Assembly: GCA_963796635.1 (NCBI GenBank)
Contig: CAWCMH010000001.1
Coordinates: 771,568-835,567 of the forward strand
Length of the DNA: 64,000 nucleotides
Direction: 5' to 3'
Origin: an uncultured Gemmatimonadales bacterium
Lineage (GTDB): Bacteria; Gemmatimonadota; Gemmatimonadetes; Gemmatimonadales; GWC2-71-9
Made by a program: the position numbers and the translations under genes. Below are positions 51,026-60,503 of this stretch, one piece after another. Numbering within the stretch: the first letter of the stretch is position 1; the number at the start of each line of letters is the position of its first letter. The notes under the pieces are model-generated. The model ran no database searches, had not been told where the DNA came from, and saw nothing but the letters and a program-made list of their open reading frames with translations.

Positions 51026-51857
51026 CCGCGATTTCGAGTTGCCGCGCGGCCGCCGGGTGCCGTGGTGGGGCTGGCTGCTTGCCGCGGCGGTGCATGTGGC
51101 GCTGCTCGTCGCGGTGCTGGGGCATTACCGACAGATCAGCCTGTTCACCCCAGCTGTTGGCAAGATTGCGCCGCAGGACGCGTCGGCCGCGCTGGCATTG
51201 CCACGTCCGGCCTCGATCGCCGCGCTGCATCACCCGCGCGCGGCACGGTTACCGCTCGTGACGCCGTCGGCGCAGCCGCCGGAGCCGTTGCTGCCCGCGA
51301 CGATCGTCGCCATGGCGCGCGCGGTGACGCCGGCGACGGTCGACACGCCGCCGTCGGGCGCGTCGCTGTATCCGCACTACGGCACGGGCAAGTTGTGGGT
51401 CGAACCGTTGACGGAGACCCCGCGCACGATTGCGCGCACGCTGACGGGAAAGACCGACGCACAACTCGATGACAGCGCCATCACCGCGATGGTGCAGACG
51501 TATCTCAACCAGATGGACCGGGAGGAACGCGAGCACCCGTCGTCGTTGCCGAGCTGGACGACCAGGATCGGCGGCAAGACGGTGGGGCTCGACCAGCGAT
51601 GGATCTATCTCGGACCACTCAAGGTGCCGACCGCCTTGCTCGCGCTGCTGCCGATTCACGTGCAGGCGAACCCCACCGAGGCCGAATTCAACGCCAAGCT
51701 GCAGGTCATGCGTGACGACCTGATGGAAGCGGCGCGGCGCGCCGCGACGTATGATGACTTCAAGGAAGCGGTCAAGGAACTGCACGCCGAGTCGGAGCGC
51801 CAGCGGCAATTCAAGAAGAACCAGAGCATCCCGCCACCTGTGAGCAAACCGGAATGA
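51018..51857 (+). CDS. hypothetical single-TM protein
   Basis: TTG start after GGAG (or GTG 51003); TM WLLAAAVHVALL, Pro-rich linker, helical C-terminus; overlaps neighbours. Confidence 0.6.
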   Translation: MPDRDFELPRGRRVPWWGWLLAAAVHVALLVAVLGHYRQISLFTPAVGKIAPQDASAALALPRPASIAALHHPRAARLPLVTPSAQPPEPLLPATIVAMARAVTPATVDTPPSGASLYPHYGTGKLWVEPLTETPRTIARTLTGKTDAQLDDSAITAMVQTYLNQMDREEREHPSSLPSWTTRIGGKTVGLDQRWIYLGPLKVPTALLALLPIHVQANPTEAEFNAKLQVMRDDLMEAARRAATYDDFKEAVKELHAESERQRQFKKNQSIPPPVSKPE

Positions 51858-52297
51858 AGTTGATCGATGTCGCGGAAACCATTGTCGTCGTCATTTCGGC
51901 CGATCTCGATCCGTCGTCGGATGATCACCTGGCCGCATTTGCGTTGAAGGACGCCGTCAATGGCCGCGGCGCCGGACACCCGTACCGGCGCGCCGTGATC
52001 GTCACCGACATGGCATGGTTCGAGACGCCGATGTTCCACGACAGCCCCACCATTGCGATCGGCGGGGGCGCTGTCAACGGGGTGGCCGGTCGATTCAGCG
52101 CCGAATTGCCGACGGTGTGGTCCGATCGCGACCGGTGCGTGATTCAGGCGGAGTTTGGTGAGGTCACCAAACGGGCCGCGTTGTGGGGCGCCGACGCCGC
52201 AGCGACGACCGCTGCCGTGGAGGCCTTCATCGCGCGCGGCTGGCTCGACGAATTTCTGGATCGGTGCTGGCGCTTTCGCGCCGGCGCCTTCGCCTGA
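51854..52297 (+). CDS. hypothetical protein
   Basis: ATGA overlap; TIAIGGGAVN alpha/beta motif. Confidence 0.65.
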   Translation: MKLIDVAETIVVVISADLDPSSDDHLAAFALKDAVNGRGAGHPYRRAVIVTDMAWFETPMFHDSPTIAIGGGAVNGVAGRFSAELPTVWSDRDRCVIQAEFGEVTKRAALWGADAAATTAAVEAFIARGWLDEFLDRCWRFRAGAFA

Positions 52298-52306
52298 GGA
52301 CATCGT

Positions 52307-54115
52307 GTGATACACTGTCGTCATCTCGCCGTGCTCGCGTACACCCTGCCGTGGGCGCTCAGTGCCCAGATGGTTCAGCCGGTGGTCAAGCCCCTGGGTC
52401 CGAATCCGGCCTTTGCCGCGATCACCGGGCCGATCGCGACGATCCTGTCGGGCGAGCGCGCATACGCCACGGTCAACTACGTGCAGCAGTTCTATCGCGA
52501 CCCGGCAAGCCGCGGATTCGATGCCTCGATCGACACGGTGATCCAGCTGCTGCGGCGCGCGGGGTACGTGTCCCAAGACAGCGCCACTCCGTCCGATCGG
52601 CTGACGTACCGGGTCGAGTCGCGGCCCATGCCGGGCCTCGTCTGGTCGCCACTGGCTGCCTCGATCACGCTGGAGGGCCGGAGCGGTCCGCTGGAGCAAT
52701 GGTCGACCAATCACAACATGTTGCCGAGCGGATCGTGGTCCACACCGCCCGAAGGGATCGACGCCGCGATCGTCAACGTCGGCGCCGGGACGGATTCCGA
52801 GCTCGATCGCGCGGACGTGCGCGGCAAGATCATCTACAGCGAGGCGCCCGCCGGTGGTCGGGGGCGGCGCGGAGGGCCACGCACGGCGGGTATCGTGGAG
52901 CGTGCCGCGCAACGGGGCGCCGTCGGCGCGCTGCTGGGGCAGCGGCTGCCGGCCTACAATCAGCAGGAGCAGAACCGAACCGCCATCAACTTCCAGACCA
53001 ACAACCTGCCATATGACACGACCGCGAAGATCTTTGCGATCAATGTGTCGCTGGCCGCGCGCGACTCGCTCAACGCCGCGCTGGCGCGCGGGCCGGTGCG
53101 GGCCCATGTCGTGACGGCGACGGTATTCGAGCAGCGGCCGGAGCGCACGCTGATCGCCGAAATCCGCGGGTCCGTGGCGCCCGACGAGCGCTTTGTGTAC
53201 TCGGCGCACGTGCAGGAGCCGGGCGCCAACGACAACGCCACCGGCGTCGGCCTGCTGGCGGAGATGGCGCGCACCGCGGCCGTGATGCTGCGCCGCCGCC
53301 AGATCAATCCGGGGCGCACCATCACGATGATCTGGGGCGTGGAGATCCAGCAGACGCGGCGCTACATCGCGGAGGACAGCGTGCGTGCGCGCGGGATCAA
53401 GTGGGGCATGTCGCTCGACATGGTGGGCGAGAATACCGCACTCACCGGCGGCAGCTTCCTGATCGAGAAGATGCCCGATCCGTCGAAGATCTGGGTCCGG
53501 GGCGAGGACCAGCATACCGAGTGGGGCGCCGGGCAGCCGATGACGCAGCAGGACATCTGGCCCTACTGGTACAATGACTTCGTCAAGCAGCGTTGCGTCG
53601 ACGAATCGCAGCGCACCGGCGGAACCTGGGTGGTCAAGGCGAATCCGTACGAGGGCGGCAGCGACCATTCGCCGTTCATCCAGGCGCGCATTCCGGGGGT
53701 GCTGATGTGGCACTTCACCGATCACTTCTATCATGATGACCTCGATCGCATCGACATGGTGAGCGCGACCGAACTCAAGCATGTCGGCGACTGCGCGCTG
53801 GCGACGTCGCTGATTCTCACGGCGGCCCACCACCCGGAGTATGCCCGCGCCGCCCTGCGCGAGTTGACGACGATTGCAGAGCGGCGGCTCGCGGCCGAAG
53901 CGGCGATCTCGCGGGACACGCTGGCGAGCGACCCCGCCGACACGGTGCAGCAGCGGACCATCCTGGCCGCGTGGCGTGACTACTTCGTGGCGGCGCTGGC
54001 CAAAGTGCCCGACATGACGCTGCCGCACGAGGCGCTCACGGCCGACGTCGACGCGGCCCAGGCGCGAGTGCGCAGGGCGGGGGATCGGGCGCTCGGTTCG
54101 CTGAAGCGGATATGA
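52307..54115 (+). CDS. M28 family metallopeptidase with PA domain, exported
   Basis: ADVRGKI (PA), SAH..PGANDNATG, WGVE, LDMVG, GGSDH, YHDDLD. Confidence 0.85.
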   Translation: MIHCRHLAVLAYTLPWALSAQMVQPVVKPLGPNPAFAAITGPIATILSGERAYATVNYVQQFYRDPASRGFDASIDTVIQLLRRAGYVSQDSATPSDRLTYRVESRPMPGLVWSPLAASITLEGRSGPLEQWSTNHNMLPSGSWSTPPEGIDAAIVNVGAGTDSELDRADVRGKIIYSEAPAGGRGRRGGPRTAGIVERAAQRGAVGALLGQRLPAYNQQEQNRTAINFQTNNLPYDTTAKIFAINVSLAARDSLNAALARGPVRAHVVTATVFEQRPERTLIAEIRGSVAPDERFVYSAHVQEPGANDNATGVGLLAEMARTAAVMLRRRQINPGRTITMIWGVEIQQTRRYIAEDSVRARGIKWGMSLDMVGENTALTGGSFLIEKMPDPSKIWVRGEDQHTEWGAGQPMTQQDIWPYWYNDFVKQRCVDESQRTGGTWVVKANPYEGGSDHSPFIQARIPGVLMWHFTDHFYHDDLDRIDMVSATELKHVGDCALATSLILTAAHHPEYARAALRELTTIAERRLAAEAAISRDTLASDPADTVQQRTILAAWRDYFVAALAKVPDMTLPHEALTADVDAAQARVRRAGDRALGSLKRI

Positions 54116-54597
54116 CCCAGCCAGCGAAAAACACGATCTGTCTCTGGTACAACGGCGACGCGGAGGATGCGGCGCGGTTTTACGCCCGGACGTTCCCGGA
54201 TTCTTCGGTGCGGGCAGTGCATCTCGCGCCGGGGGACTACCCGGCCGGCAAGCAAGGCGACGTGCTGACGGTCGAGTTCAGCGTCCTCGGCATCCCGTGC
54301 CTGGGCCTCAACGGCGGACCCTCAGTCACGCACTGCCAAGCGTTCTCCTTTCAGGTCGCCACCGCTGACCAGGCCGAGACGGACCGGTACTGGAACGCGA
54401 TCATCGACAACGGCGGCGAGGCGAGCGTGTGCGGCTGGTGCAAGGACAAGTGGGGCGTGTCGTGGCAGATCACGCCGACGGCGTTGACGCAGGCGATCAC
54501 GGATCCCGATGCGGCGGTTGCCAAACGTGCGTTCGACGCGATGATGGAGATGAGCAAGATCGATATCGCGGCGATCGACGCCGCGCGGCGCGGGTGA
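54112..54597 (+). CDS. VOC family (PhnB-like) protein
   Basis: CLWYNGDAEDAARFY, LNGGP, QAETDRYW, CGWCKDKWGVSWQI, MSKIDI. Confidence 0.9.
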   Translation: MTQPAKNTICLWYNGDAEDAARFYARTFPDSSVRAVHLAPGDYPAGKQGDVLTVEFSVLGIPCLGLNGGPSVTHCQAFSFQVATADQAETDRYWNAIIDNGGEASVCGWCKDKWGVSWQITPTALTQAITDPDAAVAKRAFDAMMEMSKIDIAAIDAARRG

Positions 54598-54607
54598 GGC
54601 GCGATCG

Positions 54608-54784
54608 ATGATCGATTCCACACGGAGGATGCCGGCGGCGCTCTACCTCGTGACGATGATCGTCGTGATCGTCGGCGTCGATGTGCTGTTCTTCCGGAAC
54701 CGTGTCTGGGAGCGGCTGATGGTGAACGTCGGGATCGTGCTGGTGTTCCTGGCGTTCTATCTGCGATTCATCCGGAAGCCATAA
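54608..54784 (+). CDS. small two-TM membrane protein (58 aa; alternative start 54629)
   Basis: MIDSTRRMPAALYLVTMIVVIVGVDVLFFRNRVWERLMVNVGIVLVFLAFYLRFIRKP; GC-rich third positions; below ORF-track cutoff. Confidence 0.7.
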   Translation: MIDSTRRMPAALYLVTMIVVIVGVDVLFFRNRVWERLMVNVGIVLVFLAFYLRFIRKP

Positions 54785-54797
54785 CCGCGACCGCCCG

Positions 54798-57206
54798 CTA
54801 CCGTTGATCGCCGGCCATCGTCGGATCGGTGACACTCCACGCACCCGTCTCGACCCGGCCGGCATACCGATAGCGCTGATGGCCGCACCGCACCTCGAAA
54901 TCGTACCATCCGTGGCTCGCGGTGGTGCGGACCTCTGCCGCCGCGGTGGCGTGCGCACGCACCTGAAGGCGCTGCGGCGCCGCGCCGTAGGATCGGTCCT
55001 CAATCACGGCCGTGCCCGGCTGTGACCCTGGATTGGCAAGCCGCACGGCAATGCCGCCCGACGCGTCCGCGCCGCTCTGGAAGTCGACCGTGATCTGCCA
55101 CTCGTCTGCATCGTCTGCGCCGATGAACTCACGCATGAATCCGTTGGGGCCGTCCACGCGAACGTGATAGTGACGGTCTGCCGGCCAGCGATCGTTCAGC
55201 GTGTGGCCTGCTTGCACCGCGTAGGCGCGGCAGGTCATTCCCGGGTCATAGCTGTATGCATTGAACGGCGCGCCAGCCGATCGCGCACCGAACGCGGCGG
55301 TGCGCGCTTCCATGATCACCACCAGGTCGTTGCCGCTTCGCGTGGCGTTGACGTGCAACTCGTACGGCAACGGACACGACGGTCGGGTGCCCGGTTCCTG
55401 CATGCCGGCAACGTCGACGGCTGTCGCCGTCGGGTGCGGGGCGCGCGGCGGGCCGCGGAACTGGGCCGCGTGAATGCGTTCGACCGTGGCGTCGCGTGCC
55501 AGCGCGATCGGCAGCGGAAACGCCGCCTCGTCCCAGGACCGGAATACCGACGTCAGATCGCCGCACACCACCCGGCGCCAATCGGAAATATTCGTCTCGC
55601 GGACCGACGTGCCCCGGGCCGCAAGCCAGCGTTCAAGCAGTCGCAGCACCGAGGTGTGGTCGAAGACTTGCGAATTGACGCACCCGCCGCGGCTCCAGGG
55701 TGACGCGATCACCAGCGGTACGCGGTAGCCCAGGCCGATGGCGGATTCGCGACCATGGGCGCCCGCCCATTCAGCGGCGGTGTCGAGCCCGTCGGACGCT
55801 CGGCCGGTCTCGGCGCGAGTCGGGTGGGGCGCGGTGAATGGCGGTACGTGATCGAAATAGCCGTCATTTTCGTCGTAGCAGAGGACCAGAATGGTCTTCT
55901 GCCACACCGCCGGATTCTTCGTCAGGACGTCCAGGACCTCGGAGACGTACCACGCGCCATACCACGGTGCACTGGGATGATCCGAGAAATTCTCCGGGGC
56001 CACCAACCATGACACGGCGGGCAGCGTCCCGGCATCGACATCGGCGCGAAACTGGTGCAGGATATCGCCGGCCGGCACGGCGACCTCGCGCGAAACGTCG
56101 CCATCGCGATAGTGCAGCGTCGCCAGCGCGCGAGACTGCGGGTCGCCGCGGTTCGTCGTGAAGGCGCGTTCGTGCAGCTCGCGAGCGCGGGTGGGAAGCG
56201 CCGCCCATGCGGCGTCGGTGTACTTGGCTCGTTCGGCGTGCGCGTCGACCAGCATCTGTTCGAGATCGCGGACCTGCTGCCGGCGCTTCGCGACTTCCTT
56301 CGCCGACAGTCCCGCCACCGTTGCCGCCGCGTCCGCCGCGGCGATTCGTCCCGGTAGCTGGTCGATCAGTCGGGGCAGCCATGCCCGCCGGCTCGCGCCG
56401 AACCGCACGCGATACTGGGAAAACCACTCGATCGGATTGTCGCTGAAGTTGGAGAGCCAGGGCTCTTCATCGTCGCTGAAGCCGGAATCGATGTCGATCT
56501 CGTTCTGGTAGATCCGCCATGACACGCCCGCGTCCTGCAGACGCTCGGGGAACGTGGTCCACGAGGCCTCGCGGTCGTAATCGGTGTCGCTGTTCTCGAC
56601 GCGCGCGACGTCGTTCACGTCACGCCGGATCGTTCCGGTCCAGAGGTGCAGACGGTTGGGCGTGGTGCCGGTGAGCGACGAGCAGAAGGCCTGATCGCAC
56701 ACGGTGAATGCATCGGCGAGCGCGTAATAGAACGGCAGGTCGTCGCGGCGATAGTGCCCCAGCGTGAAGGCGGGCAGGGCCTTGTTGGGCTTGGCGATCA
56801 GCCACTGGTCGTAGCGCCCGCCGTTGCGCGCGTCGATCTGGTCGGGCCAGTTATGGGGCAGCCCGCCGATCCAGGTCGCGTCGGTGTTGGCGATGTCGAG
56901 GCGGAACGGGGGATACGTGGCGCCGTGCGCATCGGTCTGGAACCAGACCGGACGGCCGTTGGGTTGGATGTGCACGCGGGGGTCGCGGAAGCCGCGCACA
57001 CCACGCAGCGCGCCGTACAAATGATCGAACGAACGATTCTCCTGCATCAGCACGACGACGTGCTCGGCGTCCTGCCAGGTGGTGCCCCGGAGCGGTGCGA
57101 TGGCGTGGGCCCGGGCGATGGCATCGGGGATGCGTCCCCGCGCGAATGCCGCGGCCGACCATGCGGCGGCGCCGCGGAGAAAGTCGCGGCGGGAGGGCGG
57201 CGTCAC
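54798..57206 (-). CDS. Tat-exported phospholipase C, phosphocholine-specific type (PlcN/PlcH/AcpA family)
   Basis: SRRDFL; HVVVLMQENRSFDH, TTPNRL, SDHP, YDENDGYFDHVPP, GLGYRVP, FDHTSVL; DUF756-like C-terminus. Confidence 0.93.
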   Translation of the reverse strand: MTPPSRRDFLRGAAAWSAAAFARGRIPDAIARAHAIAPLRGTTWQDAEHVVVLMQENRSFDHLYGALRGVRGFRDPRVHIQPNGRPVWFQTDAHGATYPPFRLDIANTDATWIGGLPHNWPDQIDARNGGRYDQWLIAKPNKALPAFTLGHYRRDDLPFYYALADAFTVCDQAFCSSLTGTTPNRLHLWTGTIRRDVNDVARVENSDTDYDREASWTTFPERLQDAGVSWRIYQNEIDIDSGFSDDEEPWLSNFSDNPIEWFSQYRVRFGASRRAWLPRLIDQLPGRIAAADAAATVAGLSAKEVAKRRQQVRDLEQMLVDAHAERAKYTDAAWAALPTRARELHERAFTTNRGDPQSRALATLHYRDGDVSREVAVPAGDILHQFRADVDAGTLPAVSWLVAPENFSDHPSAPWYGAWYVSEVLDVLTKNPAVWQKTILVLCYDENDGYFDHVPPFTAPHPTRAETGRASDGLDTAAEWAGAHGRESAIGLGYRVPLVIASPWSRGGCVNSQVFDHTSVLRLLERWLAARGTSVRETNISDWRRVVCGDLTSVFRSWDEAAFPLPIALARDATVERIHAAQFRGPPRAPHPTATAVDVAGMQEPGTRPSCPLPYELHVNATRSGNDLVVIMEARTAAFGARSAGAPFNAYSYDPGMTCRAYAVQAGHTLNDRWPADRHYHVRVDGPNGFMREFIGADDADEWQITVDFQSGADASGGIAVRLANPGSQPGTAVIEDRSYGAAPQRLQVRAHATAAAEVRTTASHGWYDFEVRCGHQRYRYAGRVETGAWSVTDPTMAGDQR

Positions 57207-60200
57207 CCCTTCGCGCGCACCAGCTCCGCCATCGCCTTGCGCGCCTCGGTGACGCGCGGCTGCAAGTCGGGGTCGGCGTTCTTCCACAGGTCGATGAAGC
57301 GGCCGTAATAACCGATGGCGCGCGTGGTGTCGCCGGCCTGCAGGTACAGCTCTCCGAGCCGGAACAGTGCTGGCGCCATGTAATTGGGATCAATGTCGAG
57401 GTGCCCGTTCACCGTTGATTCGACATACGTCGACAGGTACTTGCGTGCCGAGTCGGCATGATTGCCGCGATCGAACGCCACGCCGAGCAAGTATTGGGTG
57501 CACGCCGGGCACTTGGCGGTCGGCAGGCCGTCCGCTTCGTTGTCGCCGCGGCGGAAATAGGCAACGGCGCTGTCGGATTGTCCTTCGGCGATGGCAATGA
57601 GTCCGCGAGTGCGCGCCAGAGGCACGTATTCCTGACGTCGCTGTACGGAGTCGAGGCGGGCGACATGCTGGTTCATCAGCGCGCGCGCCTTGCTCGCCTC
57701 GCCGAGTTGAGCGTACATCCGGGCCAGGTTCAGGCTCGGGTCGATGGCGAGCGGCATTGACGTCACCGGCGTCGTGCGCAGGGCCGCGTCGAGCGCGGCG
57801 ACGCCCTTGGCGTCATCGCCGCGCAGCCAGTCTGCTGCCGCCTGCCAGGTCGCAATCGCAATGGCACTCGCGGTATCCGCGCGCAACCGGGCGCGCAGTT
57901 CGATCGCCGTGTTGTTCGTCCGCTCGGCGTCACGGAGACGGCCCCATAGCATATCTACGTTGACCAGCCCACCCATCGCGTCGGCTCGGCGCGGAGCGCC
58001 GACACTGTCGGCCATGACTTGTGCCACTGCGGCGGCCGAGTCGTACCGGTGCTGCACCCAGAATTCCATGAATCGCAGCGGCCCGATCGGATAGGAAGGT
58101 GCCCGACGCTTCAGGATCGGCAGGATTGAGTCGAACGCCTTGTAATTTCCCGTCTCCGTGAATTCCGTGGCGATGTTTGCCAGCAGGGTACCGTTGGCCG
58201 AATCGTCGCTGAGCGCGAGACGGTACATCTGCTGTGCGCCCGCGTGGTCCCGCATTTCATCAAGTGTTACCGCGAGTGTGTTCGCGGCGTCCATGTTCGA
58301 TGAATCGGCGGTCACGGCGCGCCGGAGTGCGGCAACCGCCTTCGTCCGATCCGGATCGACGAACTCGTAGTACGATCCCTCGACGTTGTATCGCTCGGAC
58401 TCGGGGAGCTTGCCCCGCAGCCGGAAGCCGGTTGTGAGCGCAGCGCGGGCTTCAGCATTGTTCGCGGCGCCCCCGATCGATTGCAACGAGTAGGCGAGCT
58501 GCACCCACGCCATCGCGAACGAGCTGTCCTGGCGGATGGCATCGCGGAAGTCCTGAGCGGCCGCGGGGTAGTCTCCCACCACGTCGTTGTCGTGCAGCCC
58601 GGCCGCGTAATCCCGCAACGCTTCCAGCGAGCCAGTGGTCACCTGTTCCAACGCCGGTGCGTCGTGCACCGACTTGAGCGACTCCCCGATCCTGCCCCGC
58701 AACTTCTTGGTCAACCGGTCCACCACCGGGATCAACTCGCCGGCGTCTTTGGCCGATTCCGTATACGACGCGAGCTCGTTCCCGCTCTCGGCCGCCACGA
58801 GCCGCGCCGTCACGACGTAACCGGTACCCGCCGGAACCAGGCTGCCCGCGACCACCGCCTTGGCGCCGCTGCGCTGCGCGATCTCGCGCGCTGTGGTGAA
58901 ATCGATCCGCGCGCTGTCCGGCCGCTTCATCTGCTCCAGCGTCGCAATCACGGCACTGGTGGGCATCACGTGCACCGCATTGCTCTCGGAAAGATTGGTC
59001 CGCACTGCCTCCGCGATTGTCGCACCGAGGGAGGCATCGGATGGCGGCGCGTCGAACGCCGCCACCACCACCCTGTCGCTGCTTGAGAGCTTGCCCGATG
59101 CCAGCAGCGAACCGGCCGGTCCGATGCCGAGCTCTCGCATGCCCATGTAGCCAGCAATCAACAGCACGAACACGCCCACGGCGATCATGCCGCCGCGCGC
59201 GGTGCGCTGCCATGACAAGTGCGGGCTTGCCTTGATCGCCAGCGTGGCCATGGTGCCCTGGGCGGCGGTGGCCCGGGTACCGCCCGGCGTGAAGGTCGGG
59301 GTGGCAATGGCCGCGCGGTGTGTGACGTACTGCGTGTACGCGGTGAACAGCACTACCGGCAACCCCAGCGCCATCACCACCAGCGCGCCCGGGAAGACCC
59401 AATCCGGAAGTCCGATGGCAATGATCGCCGCGCGGGCGAGCACGGCGACGGCGACCAGTGCCACCGCGTACAGCGCGAGCGCTCGCCAGACCATCGCTCG
59501 ACCGCCGATCAGGATCGCCGGCATCGCGGCACTCGCGCCTGACGGCGACGCGACGGCGTCCAGGCGGTGCAGCAATTCTGTCGCCGTGGCCGGGCGGGCG
59601 TCGGGATCCTTGGCGAGGCATTGCATCACCAGGGCGGCGAGTGCCGGCGGGCAATCGATGCGGAGCAGGTTCACCGGGCGCGGCGTCTCGCTCATGTGCG
59701 CCGCGATGAGCTTGTGCATCGGCAGGCCGGCGAACGGCGATTGGCCCGCCAGGAGTTCGTACGCGAGGCAGCCGAACGCGTAGATGTCGGCGCGATGATC
59801 AGTGGCGGGATCACCGGCGGCCTGCTCTGGCGCCATGTATGCCGGGGTTCCCACGGCGGTGCCCAGTTGCGTCAGCGTGGCGCCGGTCGGGCCTTCCGAC
59901 GCGGCCGCGATCGCCTTGGCGATACCGAAATCGGTGACGACCGCCGTGTGTCCCGACAGCAGCACATTGTCCGGCTTGATGTCGCGATGCACCACGCCGC
60001 GTTCATGCGCGTAGACCAGCGCGCGCGTGACGTCGCGCAGGATGCTGGTGACTTCGGCGATCGGCATCGGTCCCCGGCCGAGGCGGGCCCGCAGACTCTC
60101 GCCGTCGATGTACGGCATGGTGTAGTACGGCAGGCCCTCGATGTCCCCGGCCGACAGTACCGGGACGATGTTGGCCTGCTGCAGCGAGGCCGCCAGCTGG

Positions 60201-60391
60201 ATCTCGCGTTCGAAGCGCGGCGTGGAGAGGCCGGCCGCGAGTTCGGGCGACAGCACCTTGACGACGACCTTGCGGCCGAGGCGATGTTCCTGGGCGACGA
60301 ACACCCGGGACATGCCGCCGCCGCCCAGCTCGTGTTCGAGCGTGTAGCCCGAAGCGAGCGCGTCCTGGATACGGGCTCGTAAGTCGGTCAA
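57203..60391 (-). CDS. membrane Ser/Thr protein kinase with extracytoplasmic TPR-like domain (paralog 1)
   Basis: TTG start; LGGGGMSRV, VVKVL, HRDIKPDN, DFG, GTPAYMAPE; 3 TMs; TPR-like helices. Confidence 0.93.
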   Translation of the reverse strand: MTDLRARIQDALASGYTLEHELGGGGMSRVFVAQEHRLGRKVVVKVLSPELAAGLSTPRFEREIQLAASLQQANIVPVLSAGDIEGLPYYTMPYIDGESLRARLGRGPMPIAEVTSILRDVTRALVYAHERGVVHRDIKPDNVLLSGHTAVVTDFGIAKAIAAASEGPTGATLTQLGTAVGTPAYMAPEQAAGDPATDHRADIYAFGCLAYELLAGQSPFAGLPMHKLIAAHMSETPRPVNLLRIDCPPALAALVMQCLAKDPDARPATATELLHRLDAVASPSGASAAMPAILIGGRAMVWRALALYAVALVAVAVLARAAIIAIGLPDWVFPGALVVMALGLPVVLFTAYTQYVTHRAAIATPTFTPGGTRATAAQGTMATLAIKASPHLSWQRTARGGMIAVGVFVLLIAGYMGMRELGIGPAGSLLASGKLSSSDRVVVAAFDAPPSDASLGATIAEAVRTNLSESNAVHVMPTSAVIATLEQMKRPDSARIDFTTAREIAQRSGAKAVVAGSLVPAGTGYVVTARLVAAESGNELASYTESAKDAGELIPVVDRLTKKLRGRIGESLKSVHDAPALEQVTTGSLEALRDYAAGLHDNDVVGDYPAAAQDFRDAIRQDSSFAMAWVQLAYSLQSIGGAANNAEARAALTTGFRLRGKLPESERYNVEGSYYEFVDPDRTKAVAALRRAVTADSSNMDAANTLAVTLDEMRDHAGAQQMYRLALSDDSANGTLLANIATEFTETGNYKAFDSILPILKRRAPSYPIGPLRFMEFWVQHRYDSAAAVAQVMADSVGAPRRADAMGGLVNVDMLWGRLRDAERTNNTAIELRARLRADTASAIAIATWQAAADWLRGDDAKGVAALDAALRTTPVTSMPLAIDPSLNLARMYAQLGEASKARALMNQHVARLDSVQRRQEYVPLARTRGLIAIAEGQSDSAVAYFRRGDNEADGLPTAKCPACTQYLLGVAFDRGNHADSARKYLSTYVESTVNGHLDIDPNYMAPALFRLGELYLQAGDTTRAIGYYGRFIDLWKNADPDLQPRVTEARKAMAELVRAKG

Positions 60392-60503
60392 GGGAGCGGC
60401 CGCGTTGAAGGAATGATCCGCAAATATATCTATCGGCCGGTAAAGTGCTCGCCCCGTGCGCCTTGAGCCGGCCGAGTTCGACGTCCGCCGAGTTGGCCTG
60501 CCG

